DNA of 64,000 nucleotides from Octopus sinensis. Its lineage: Eukaryota. Location of the stretch: NCBI RefSeq assembly GCF_006345805.1, contig NC_043011.1, positions 38,142,464-38,206,463 of the forward strand, written 5' to 3'. Of the stretch, positions 1-11,632 are shown one piece after another (positions within the stretch are counted from its first letter, which is position 1; each line of letters begins with the position of its first letter). The notes under the pieces were generated by a model. That model saw nothing but the letters and a program-made list of their open reading frames with translations. It did no database searches and was not told the DNA's origin. The position numbers were made by a program, and so were the translations under genes.

Positions 1-2149
1 TTTACATACACACATATGTATTTATCTATTTATCTATGTAGAAACAGGGAGAGACATATGTAAAGGCATATATAAATATGTGTGTGTGTGTGTGCATGTG
101 TGTATGTGTGTTTCTGTGTGTATGTGTGTGTGTGTACATGCAGAACTTTAAAGCGATATATCTCTTTCTATGTATGTGTGTAAATGTTTGTCAGTTTCCG
201 TTTAGGTTTATGTGAATATACAACTTAAAAGAACAAGCTACATATACGCCTTGCTCCCGCATTTCCCCAGTTTACGCTAAGTTACTATTAAAGGAAACAT
301 AAAACTGAATTGTATAGATAGCCGTGCTTAAAGGGGGAAACTATACAAAAAATAACTCGTAGAAAAGAAACACAAAATAAATTAAATCAAACAAAATACA
401 AACGACAAAAATGCCAAGGATTCGAAGAAATACGGAACAAGAATGAAGAATTTAAGACAAAATAACGTCTTAGTAACGAAAATCAATAATGTTTGGAAAT
501 AAGAAACCGAATCATATCTATAGAACTATGTTAATTATTCTAATTAATAGAATTATGGAACTCAGTTTAATCTCTCTGCGTCTTAAAATTTTGCTGAATT
601 GTAAGTTGATCTGGCAGGTTAAAATTGTTAATACATCTAACAGTTAAATTATTTCCTTAAGATATCGAATTCATCACATATGGAAGCTGAAATGATCCCC
701 GGTTAAAGCTATTGAAGTTAAGTTGAATGCAAAGGGTCGATGTGAAGCTGCTGACACATCCACTCCAAATCCGTATATTGTTTTGAAGGACTCCATTGGT
801 CAATATTGACCATACTTCTAGAAAAGTACGCGTGGGTTTGAGCAAATTTTTATAAGAAAGACAGGCAGTTGCTCATACATATAAATGCCCATCGATTTTT
901 ATCTTAGTAAATGCCATCGACTTGGATCTTTACAACTAGGAATCGCTGTAAGAAAACAAAGACCCAGATCAAAAACTGGATACAAAAAGGTATCTTGCCT
1001 GACTTTTTAATAATCCTACTAGCCTAGCATTCTAAATTGATAATTTTGTATCGTTCCCCACTCCAGAAAATATGAAACGCAATTTGACTTCGGGGACATT
1101 GGAAGCGAGATCGCAGATTGTAGAAATTCATAATGTGTGACATTTTATCTAACGACCTAATGGCATTGACCTTTACTGTCTGAAACATTGCGTTCAACGA
1201 ATTACTTTGGTTGGAATGATTGGTGTGCATCATAACTAAAATGTTCCTTTAAATGGAAGACACGTTACTAAAACGCATGGTTTGTGGTTTGTTTAAGCTG
1301 CTACATCACATCATAGTATGATGATTGTTTAAGTCCTTTAGAACTCCTCCCAAATAAAAAGTCAGTGAAAACTGGGGAGATATAGCAAACCTGTTAGAGC
1401 CAAGAAATCCTCAACTGAATAACTTTACAACTGTTGACATACATCATAATATAACGACTCGTGCCATAGATCACAGAAATACGTAGGGACGAAATGGTTT
1501 CGTTAGAAGTAATCCGGCAACCCAAGGACACATTATTTCGAATGTTATCAACGGTAACAATAATAATAATCCCAGTTCGGCCCCAAATAAATAGAAATTG
1601 TTGTAATCTTCAAACTGTACCATCTATTTTTATTACACTTCATTATTCAGTGTTATTTTCTCTTTTAAGATCTGTGATGTTCTACCTTCGATGATATTGT
1701 TATGACGCCTAGGGACAACATAAAGGTTCCCTTGTTATTTTATTACTAGAAAGACTGGAATGCGGCGGTAACAATGTGGTGAAATACTGACCAATTAGTC
1801 ATAAGTTCAAATCTGACAAGAGTCGTTGCTATTCATGATAATAATCTCGAAACTGTTTCGGTCATAGCTTGTATTTAATTTTGATAAATACCTTTGTTTA
1901 AAACAACGTGATTTTTTATCCTTCTTAGGTAACATATTCATCACTCATGCATACATTTTATGATCAGTTCGGATTCGAAATTTGCCTGTGATAAATATTA
2001 ATATCTTCGAATCTAGCTCGAAACATAAAGGTTAAATCGTGTAAAACGTGCAGTTATGTAATACATAAAAACCATAGCAGAATTAATTGAGGTAACGGCG
2101 ACGGTAATATTTTTTCTTTATCCGTACATTAAGAACTTAGAGCAAAACT

Positions 2150-2193
<44 letters not shown>

Positions 2194-3097
2194 TATATGT
2201 ATGTGTGTGTATGCACATACATATATATGCGTATATATACATATATATCTAAATATACGTACTTATACGTAATACATACATACGTACATCATTACTATGA
2301 CACGGAGCATAGGACATATCTCTATACATTAAATAATTGATAAAGACATAAAAATTATGTTCCTCTTAGCGCTTAGTGACATAAAAGACATATTTTCCCA
2401 TAAAAAAATGCAACCTCACCCATTAATGTTTAGGGAAAATGGATATAGGTAGTTGAGAAAAAGAAGAGAGAAAAAATTATATTCTATATGCAATGGAATC
2501 TTTACAGAATTCTCTGATTTTCAGTCTCAATTTTTTAGGACCAACTGGTTTGGCTTCATTTGTTCAAAAAATTGAGAAGTGGAGAAATAGCATGACCTTA
2601 CTTACAAAAGCTTACACAGGTTAAAAACCAAGCAACGGATAGAGATCGACAGACCCATAGTTCTGTATGATGTTAGATTGCTAATGCTGAAAATAAGTTG
2701 TAGAGCAGTGGTCTAAACAATATACGGTACTTAAGTAGGTATTTCTAGATTCTACCTTCAAAGCGAAAACAGAAAATTACGCCCTGATTTATATCGCAAA
2801 TGAATGTATAGTAATGTTTGTTGTTGTGTGTTGTTTTTGTTTAACAGATCAAAGCCTGTCTTAAGTGAAAATACCGAAAACGCCACGTATCCCAATCAAA
2901 GTGATCCAGTAATTTACCTTATATACATACATGTGTGAGTATGTGCGTGTGTGTGTGTAAATATATATATTTATATACATACTGTATTCCATTTATATAT
3001 ATATATCCAAAGTTGTGAGAGGTACCGCGCATGTGACCAATCACAAGATTTCTCAGGAACAGCGTTTCACAACCGCGGTTCGCTGAAATCCTAGAGT

Positions 3098-3161
3098 TCA
3101 TCATCATCATCATCATCATCGTCATCATCATCATCATCTCATCACCACCGCCACCACCACA

Positions 3162-3209
<48 letters not shown>

Positions 3210-3468
3210 GTCATCATCATCATCATCATCACCACCACCATCACCATCAACTCCATCATCCCCATTACTATCATCATCAAAATCATCATCATCATCATCA
3301 TAATCATTACCATCATCATCAGTATCAGCATCGTCATCACCATCACCATCATCTTCATCATTATCATCATCATCATCATCATCATCACCACCATCACCAT
3401 CATCATCATCATCATCATCATCATCGTCATCATCATCATCATCATCGTCATCACCATCACCATCATCT

Positions 3469-3499
<31 letters not shown>

Positions 3500-3627
3500 C
3501 ATCACCACCATTACCATCATCTCCATCATCCCCATTACTATCACCATCACCATCATCATCATCATCATCATCATCATCGTCATCATCATCATCATCATCA
3601 TCATCGTCATCACCATCACCATCATCT

Positions 3628-3658
<31 letters not shown>

Positions 3659-3759
3659 CACCACCATTACCATCATCTCCATCATCCCCATTACTATCAC
3701 CATCACCATCATCATCATCTTCATCATCATCATCATCGTCATCGTCATCATCATCATCG
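3098..3759. repeat. Degenerate (CAT/ATC)n trinucleotide array with internal higher-order duplication
   Basis: About 660 bp of CAT/CAC/CGT triplets. The block CTCCATCATCCCCATTACTATCA recurs at ~3252, ~3521 and ~3677. Confidence 0.95.
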
Positions 3760-3869
3760 CATATATATAGTCTATGAAGTTCTTTATTCAATTCAATAAA
3801 TGAATTTTTCACGAACACCAAACATACCCGAGTTCGCTCAATACAATCCTTTCACCTCCTAGGAATATT

Positions 3870-4246
3870 CTTTTACTCTTTTATTCTTTTACTTATTTCA
3901 GTCATTTGACTGCGGCCATTCCTCTTAGTCGAAAAAATTCGCCCCTTGGACTTATACTTTGTAAGTCTGGTACTTATTCCATCATCATGTTTACCGAACC
4001 GCCAAGTTATGGGGCGTACACACATCAACATCAGTGGTCAAGTAAGGATGGGAGGACAAAGACCCACACACACACAGACATATATATACGACGGGCTTCT
4101 TTTAGTTTCCGTCTATCAAATCCACTCACAAGGCTTTGGTCGAGCCGAGGCTATAATAGAAGTCAATTGTCGAAGATTCTACGCAGTGGGACTGAACCAG
4201 AAACCATGTAGTTGGGAAGCAAGCTTCTTACCACACAGCTACGCCT
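3870..4246 (-). mobile_element. tRNA-derived SINE, family B (internal (TA)/(TG) tract, GTAAAAGA-type tail)
   Basis: Collinear with many other copies in the window (19811, 24215, 32018, 46855, 55568, 57981, 59520). Shared head GGCGTAGCTGTGTGGTAAG...GGTTCAGTCCC and tail GGCCGCAGTCAAATGACTGAAA. Confidence 0.85.
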
Positions 4247-4277
4247 GAACCAAATTTTCTCAATTCAAATCTTACAG

Positions 4278-4456
4278 TGATACACTGGACAACACCGTTG
4301 GATTATTTTGTGCCAACCACAATATGGAGGAAATATACCAGATGGTCACATCCGGAACACCATTCGTCAAATTTCGTCTGAATGTGATATATTTCGGTCT
4401 AAAGAACAAAAAGCGGTCTCGCATTCTGTTTCACAATGGACAATGTGACCGCTCAG
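4278..4456 (+). CDS. Candidate internal exon of an unidentified gene (DTLDNTVGLFCANHNMEEIYQMVTSGTPFVKFRLNVIYFGLKNKKRSRILFHNGQCDRS)
   Basis: Unique, non-repetitive sequence. Acceptor ...caaatcttacAG at 4277 and donor TCAG|gtataa at 4456. Only one frame is open (phase 2 to 1). No family recognised. Confidence 0.28.
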
Positions 4457-6032
4457 GTATAATTTTACTTTTAGATATTCACCTTGAACACTTCAAACGC
4501 CTTTCCAGATCCATTATAAAACCTATAATTTTTCCAATTTGCCTTATTTAAGGAAGTACCATGCCAAATCAACTTCTAATCAAACTCTTTTTCAGCAGTG
4601 GTTCACTTAAAACTAAGTGTTAATTAAAAGACGAAAATCAACTGCGGCAGGATTTGAATTGAAAATGTAATTAAGTGCTACGAAGCATTTTATCCTAAGC
4701 TGGATGTTTTTTTTACCGATATTGCTTCATTAATCACACGTAATTATTTTGTTTCTACACTTTCTATCCAAAAGTCAAGATACACTTGAACTGGGCAAAT
4801 TCTGTCTGCTACATCTGTGATCTTAAATGCTGTCCATCCATTAGAGATAGAATCAGCAGAGGAATTATAGGTAATTTGCCTTTCCGTGATGTATGTGCAT
4901 TAAGTATGATATACAGATAGCTTCTTGTTGCACACAGCGGTTATATGGAACCTACATATGTGAATTGTCAAATCAATTTACAGCAGATTGATTTGAAATA
5001 AAAATGAAAAATAGAACATACGCTCATATCTTATACTTCAATTTGCTATTTTGCTTCGGTTCTGCCTCACACGCGTTTCTTTTTTAATCTTGTAATTTGT
5101 TTTTCTATGAATCAAATCGAAAAGCAAAGATATCTGTTCTGATCATTTTCTATATTTGTATTCTATATGTATTTGTCTTTTAAATAAATTTGTCAGATCG
5201 AACAGATGTCTTTATATCTTTAGATTACTGTGTATACTTTGAAGATTTTTACACATGCTGTCATACTAATATATAACTGAATGTATCTGTACAAATACGT
5301 GTTAGTTTATATATTTCAACATATATTTAATGTAGCCAAAAGAAAGGAAAGAAAGCACCTGAGCATGTCTCGCAGCTTATATTCCGTTACTAAGAAGAAC
5401 TTGATTTAAAATAGTTAAGACTTGTAAAAACTATCCTCTTTAAAAAGATTTATTTCCACAAGTGTTCAAATCTGTGTACCTGTTTCCGCATATTTAATTC
5501 TATCTACCTATCTATCTATTTATCTATCTATCTGTCTCTTTATCTATCTCTCTATCTATCTCTCTATCAATCTAACTATTTCTCTGCTCATCTATCTCAC
5601 CACCTCCTCTCCCCATCTCTCTCTCTGTTATAAACCGTCCCTCCTTATCTTTTCCAATTCACTCTAAGTTACGCATTAAGTATTTATATTTTGAGAAGTT
5701 GATAAGTGTTTGCACTTGAAAAAACAATAGTTACATATTTTATTATAGGTCCTCAAAAAGAAATAACCTAAGAAATCCTACATATGTTTCAATCCGGCTT
5801 TAGGTTTGAATTATCAGCATTCAAGCAAATTTAGATGTAAAGAAACCACATTTAGTCGGATAACTTCAGGAATAGATGTGAACTTTCGGGTGCTGAACAA
5901 AGAAATAAATTTAAGTTGAGGACCGTGTTTTCTCTCAATATATTTGATAACACAAATTGGTATCTGGATTGTTATAAATAATCTCTAACAAGGAAATTAA
6001 ATCCTCACTACATGTGTGTGTATATATGTATG

Positions 6033-6070
<38 letters not shown>

Positions 6071-6072
<2 letters not shown>

Positions 6073-6307
6073 ATATAATTCGAGACAAAACCACTATTTT
6101 AAAACCAAACAAGGAAAGACTTAATCAATACATAAAATTTTAATATAAATTAAATAAAATAAAATAAATAAAATAAATAAATAAACAAATTATTTATTTA
6201 TTTTATTTATTTTATTTATTTTATTTAATTTATATTAAAATTTTATGTATTGATTAAGTCTTTCCTTGTTCGGTTTTAAAATAGTGGTTTTGTCTCGAAT
6301 TATATTA
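6071..6307. repeat. Fold-back inverted repeat, ~115-bp arms around an (AAAT)n/(TTTA)n centre
   Basis: TAATATAATTCGAGACAAAACCACTATTTTAAAACC... is matched by ...GGTTTTAAAATAGTGGTTTTGTCTCGAATTATATTA. Flanked by (TA)n. The right arm continues into sequence homologous to ~28990-29185. Confidence 0.95.
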
Positions 6308-6403
6308 TATAATATTTTACTATAAAATTGGATTTAACCCTAAATCTGATTTTTTCCCTGTAATTTTGGATTCATTCCCTAATATTTATTATTATTATAT
6401 ATA

Positions 6404-6449
<46 letters not shown>

Positions 6450-6542
6450 AAGTTAATTCAAACAAGAAAGCAAAAAAAAACACAACAACGCGAGGACGTG
6501 GAACAAATATAGTATTATTGGACGCTCAGGAAAGAAGGAGGG

Positions 6543-6577
6543 TTTAACGTTTTGAGCGGAGCTCTTCGTCGGAAACA
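6543..6577 (-). ncRNA. Degenerate minimal type-I hammerhead-like motif
   Basis: Minus strand: gttt-CCGACGA-a-gagc(tcc)gctc-AAAAC-GTT-aaac. Stems I and II pair, but the core carries U4C and G12A changes. Confidence 0.4.
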
Positions 6578-6827
6578 TAGGAGAAGGAAAGATCTAGAGA
6601 AGGGAAGACAGAGGGAAAAAAATCGCAAACATATATATATATCTTATAACGTTTACTAGTTTCAGTCATTGCCACTGCGGCAATGCTGGGGCACCTCCTC
6701 GATAACTATGCATTACATATTATGTAGTTTATAATCATGTTCATCAATGTTTCCCCTCGTTATAATCATTTTTTGATGCCATCGACTTCACCAACAATTC
6801 CACCACTACCATCATCCCCATCATCAA

Positions 6828-6886
<59 letters not shown>

Positions 6887-7684
6887 GGACATCACTACAT
6901 ATTTATAAACATTACTACCACTTTAGTAATCCCTCGCATTTGTTTTGCTTCCAGATATTTTACGGATGATGTTTCTGCTGCCGTTTGACAAGTGTGTTAA
7001 CTGATGTTTTACCATCGTTAAAATTAAGGAAAATTCATAGATGCAACCATAAAATTCTGACAAATCTCATTTTCTGATATTACAACGAATTTATGTGAGT
7101 TACTACATCGATGCCGCAAACATTGTAAGGACAAATAACTTGCCCGTCGCTGCCCGTCGATGATTAATTTATCAATATCCAATACTTTATACTGTGTGCT
7201 AGCAAATAAAACTCACACAAAACAGGTGTTGAAAATAAAACATCAAGTGTATGCTATATTAGCTTGAAACAAACACTTCACTCCATAAAAGTTTAGTCTT
7301 TTCCTATACTACATAAATATCAAGGCGATAATATGGCAGAGTCGTTAGCACGCTGGTTAAAATTCTTAGCGGCGTTTTGTCTGTTGTTATGGCCTGAGTT
7401 CGATACCTGCTTTAGTCAAGTATGCCTTTCGAGGTCGATAATACAGAAACTAGTTGAGCACTGGTGTCGATGTATTTAATTTATTCGTCTTCGGAAATTA
7501 GCTGGCCTTGTGCCAAAATTTGAAGCTAATATAAACCAAAGAAGGATCAGGCAGTGAGCTAGCAGAATCGCTAGCACGCCGGTTGAAATTCTTAGTGGCA
7601 TTTCGTCAGTCGTTCCATTCAAAGTTCGATTATCCCCGAGGTTAACTATGCATTTCGGGGTCGAAAATGTAAGAACTTGTTTAG

Positions 7685-8082
7685 ACGGCGAGCTGACAGA
7701 AAAGTTAGCACGCCGGGCGAAATGCTTATCGGTATTTCGTCTGCCGCTACGTTCTGAGTTCAAATTCCGCCGAGGTCGACTTTGCCTTTCATCCTTTCGG
7801 GGCCGATTAAATAAGAACCAGTTACGCAATGGGGTCGATATAATCGACTTAATCCGTTTGCCTGTCCTTGTTTGTCCTCTCTGTGTTTAGCCACTTGTGG
7901 GTAGTAAATAAATAGGTATTATTTCGTTTGCCGTTACGTACTGAGTTCGTCTTCCGTCGAGGTCGACGTTGCCTTTCATCCATTCGGGGTAGATAAATTA
8001 AGTACCAGTTGCGTACTGGGGGCGATGTAATCGATTGGCACCATCACCAAGAATTTCGGACCTTGGGCCTAGAGTAGAAAAT
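7685..8082 (+). mobile_element. SINE family A dimer (tRNA-like head, Deu/Nin-like central domain)
   Basis: A-box-like GAGCTGACAGAAAAGTTAGC and B-box GAGTTCAAATTCC. Core GAGGTCGACTTTGCCTTTCATCCTTTCGGGG. The second unit restarts after ...AAATAG|GTATT at ~7915. Older copies at 7325-7660. Confidence 0.85.
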
Positions 8083-8299
8083 AATATAAGTTGTTGAACA
8101 CTGTGATCGATGTAATTGATTTACTCCTCCTCCAAAATTGCTCGCCTGGCCCACACCCGTGCGCACAAACAAAAAGGAATGCAGTGTAAATAACGGACAG
8201 AGTCAAAACTATTGAAAAGGTTGCAAAATGCAAAGAAAATATGAAACTAATATATACCAAAGAATGATTCCTTTCTACATATATATATATATAATATAT

Positions 8300-8355
<56 letters not shown>

Positions 8356-8361
8356 ATATTA

Positions 8362-8411
<50 letters not shown>

Positions 8412-8532
8412 AGAGGGCATTATTACACATAAGTGCCGCTTGCTAGGAGGGACTTTTAAAGTCAAAACTACCAAAATAAACAAATCGCACCGGATGCAAT
8501 TTTCGAAGCGAGTCATTTAAAAACAGAATTTA

Positions 8533-8596
8533 GTTGCAGATCACCTGTGATTTCGCAATCAATGCATTACCTGTATTCCTTGCTCGTCAGTACAAC
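8533..8596 (-). ncRNA. Type-I hammerhead ribozyme with fully canonical core
   Basis: Minus strand: gttgta-CTGACGA-gcaa(21 nt)ttgc-GAAA-tcac(ag)gtga-TC-tgcaac. 6-bp stem I, intact CUGANGA/GAAA/UH, cleavage triplet AUC. Confidence 0.85.
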
Positions 8597-9036
8597 GAAT
8601 TCAAGATATATAATGAATGAACAAAATCAACATACCAGACGGACAACCGTCGTATCCACCGCAGCATATATGACTGGACTGTTCACCCCCTACATATCTA
8701 TGTAAATGGCGGGCTTTTCGAATTGCATTTCGGTAACAACGGGCTTCTACGGAACAAAAATTCAGTATTGAATTATTCCGGTGAAACATATAAATTTAAA
8801 ATTTAAAAATAGGATAAAATCTTCATAAGAAATTATCAGGTAGTTAGCGTGAAAAACCTCATAAGAGAAAAAATCTGTAGATTTTTTCACTTGAAAATAA
8901 TTATTTATATCATATAGAGGGCATTATTACACATAAATGCCGCACGCTAGGAGGGACATTTAAAGTCAAAACTACCAAAATAAACAAATCCTACCGAATG
9001 CAATTTTCGAAGCGAGTCATTTAAAAACAGAATTTA

Positions 9037-9100
9037 GTTGCAAATCACCTGTGATTTCGCAATCAATATATTATCTGCATTCCTTGCGCGTCAGTACAAC
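9037..9100 (-). ncRNA. Type-I hammerhead, second tandem copy (A9C, AUU triplet)
   Basis: gttgta-CTGACGC-gcaa...ttgc-GAAA-tcac(ag)gtga-TT-tgcaac. Confidence 0.7.
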
Positions 9101-9856
9101 GAATTCAAGATATATAATGAAAAAACAAAATCAACATACCAGACGGACAACCGTCGTATCCACCGAAGCATATATGACTGTTCACCCCCTACACATCTAT
9201 GTAAATGGCGGGCTTTTCGAATTGCATTTCGGTAACAATGTGCTTCTACCTGATAATTTCTTATGAAGATTTTATCCAATTTTTAAATTTTATTCACCGG
9301 AATAATTCAATACTGAATTTTTGTTCCGTAGTGTTCTGTGTGTGTGTGTGTGTTTTGCAACTGTGTACCATGTTTGTATGTATTGATGTGTATCTCTATA
9401 TGTGTAGACTCGTGTCTCCATATGTGTCCTTGTGTGTATATATATGTGTGTGTGTGTATATAAGGTCATGTCTTTCAGTCTTCATTTGCTTATGTGTGCT
9501 TGCCTGTTCATATAACCTATGTACCTATCCGTCTGTATGTTGATCTGTTTATTTTCATATCCATATACTTACATATACGTGCATGCACACCAACACACCC
9601 AGCCACACACAGACACACATACATACATCTATCTACATAAGAGCCCACTAACTATACTACTCTACTTGTGAAAACTGTGGGTATGGAGATATGATATCTA
9701 CTATGTATATTTCCTATTTAGTATTGGGGAAGTTTCATTTATAAAAACGTACTCCCGTATATGTCTGAGTTTTGGGTCATTTGGGTGCTTGGATATGATG
9801 CGGATGTCAAGTTGACCAAAGTTGGTACGCAGCGTAAATAGAGGACAGAGTCAAGA

Positions 9857-9893
9857 CTATTGAAAAGGTTGCAAAACGCAATGAAAATTTTAG
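9857..9893 (+). ncRNA. Minimal type-I hammerhead-like motif, U3-A8 core variant
   Basis: cta-TTGAAAA-g-gttgc(aaaac)gcaat-GAAAA-TTT-tag. Palindromic helix III (AAATTT). Degenerate copy at 8209-8240; 3' halves at 11413-11436 (-) and 60030-60052 (+). Confidence 0.6.
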
Positions 9894-9982
9894 GAAAATA
9901 AAAATAAGAAATAAGTGGAAATTTACCGGTGTGTTAAATTATAAGGCACAAAAAGAAAATGACTCTCCTCAGACAACAGAAG

Positions 9983-10053
<71 letters not shown>

Positions 10054-10451
10054 TATATATTATATATATATATATATATATTCTACACTTATATTCTACA
10101 TGAATAATATTTTTCTACATGAATAATATTTTTCTATATGAATAATATTTTGTCTAATGACTAATTCGTCTTTTGTGCTGAGCCACTGGTAGTAATCTAT
10201 ATTATTACCCTTTTGTTTATATTCGTATATATATATATAATAGAAATACGTTACGAAAAGAAAATAGAAACTACACATGGTAATGTAAAGGGGAAAGTAA
10301 GAAACATAAATGAAAATGCAAATTGTAAATCAAAAAAAGTAAAGTCTTTTTATGAAAAGTAACGAAAGATATATACAATTAGATGAACTGAGGTACAAAT
10401 AAAAGGAATAAAAGTCATTATTCTGAAATTATGAAATTATTAAAGCGATTC

Positions 10452-10487
10452 AAGCATACCAGTTTCGTAAGTTACTAATCATTGCTT
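10452..10487 (-). ncRNA. Minimal type-I hammerhead-like motif, A3-U8 core variant
   Basis: aagca-ATGATTA-gtaa(c)ttac-GAAAC-tg-GTA-tgctt. 5-bp stem I, GUA triplet. Confidence 0.6.
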
Positions 10488-10837
10488 TGAATACCACCAC
10501 TCATTGTTTGAATGCACACCGATTAATCGGTGTTCGTCTCAATTTTGGATAAAGAGACAATATATGTAAGTTAAAATTAAAGTTTAGATCTAATTCTAAA
10601 ATCTAAACTGCTTTTGGTGTATGTCTCTTTTATTATGGCGACAAAGCACTTCACTGTCTATGGTACCTGATGTTATCCACTGTAATTGCGCAATCTACGT
10701 TAGGAATCCATCCGTGGTTCTACGTTAGGTATTCCTGAATGCATGTTGGATGTAGTTGAAACAATAGATAGTGAAAGTAGAATTTACTCGATAATTTATT
10801 GATCACTACGATCCTTTCGACTCATCCTGCAGCGCTA

Positions 10838-10902
<65 letters not shown>

Positions 10903-11190
10903 GTGAGAAGTTATACAATGAATTAGATTGCAACCGACAATGCACAAAATCCTTGAGCGAAAACCGAGTGTTGTTGTTTCCATCCTTCATGGAACACTAC
11001 TTTGTAGCACCTTTTACCAGATATCAGATAATAGTTGTAGCATTTCATTCTATAGTTTCTTCCCAGCGTCGAGGGAGCGATGCAGGATGTGACGAAACGA
11101 CCGCTATGATAAACAGGATTCCAGTACATTCTACCTTCCGTATCCATTATACACACACACATACACACACACACACACATATATATATAC

Positions 11191-11223
<33 letters not shown>

Positions 11224-11274
11224 TATATATATATATACATATATATATGGATCTGTTTATATACACATACATGC

Positions 11275-11311
<37 letters not shown>

Positions 11312-11320
11312 ATATATATA

Positions 11321-11568
11321 TACTGTTTGTCTGGGGAGAGACATTTTAATTTTGTGCCTTATAATGTAACACACTCACCGGTAAAATTTCCACTTATTTC
11401 TTATCTTTATTTTCCTAAAATTTTATTTGCGTCTTGAAGAAAATAAAAATAAGAAATAAGTGGAAATTTTACCGGTGAGTGTGTTACATTATTAGGCACA
11501 AAAAGAAAATGACTCTCCCCAGACACACGAACTCATATAAAGAATCTCGCAAACCAAATCCCAAAACG

Positions 11569-11575
<7 letters not shown>
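11321..11575 (-). mobile_element. Fold-back element (arms 11328-11414 and 11439-11525) of the 9857 HHR family, inside (TA)n
   Basis: TGTCTGGGGAGAG...TTTTC pairs with GAAAATAAAAATAAG...CTCTCCCCAGACA. Homologous to 9835-9985 and 59932-60146. Confidence 0.85.

Positions 11576-11632
<57 letters not shown>

Larger units (their letters stand above)
8411..9331 (-). mobile_element. Penelope-pLTR/retrozyme-like tandem unit (~504-bp period, ~1.8 copies) with an inverted terminal segment
   Basis: 8411-8750 is repeated at ~8915-9250. Each copy contains an HHR. The segment 8746-8843 reappears inverted at 9246-9331. (TA)n on the left. Confidence 0.8.

Noticed and set aside
657-1233. Two short minus-strand ORFs and an acceptor-like site at ~945
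   Set aside because: All frames after the acceptor stop early; no recognisable domain.
3045-3095. GAAAC-containing hairpin-like motif on the minus strand
   Set aside because: No CUGANGA-like core and no consistent stem I.
2919-3821. 300-aa poly-Asp ORF and overlapping poly-Met ORF
   Set aside because: Translations of a (CAT)n microsatellite; no splice or homology support.
10094-10150. 19-bp unit repeated three times
   Set aside because: Ordinary minisatellite with no spacers; not CRISPR.
10795-10845. CTGCAGGA...GAAAG-GATC-GTA motif on the minus strand
   Set aside because: No stem II and several core mismatches; too weak to count as a hammerhead.
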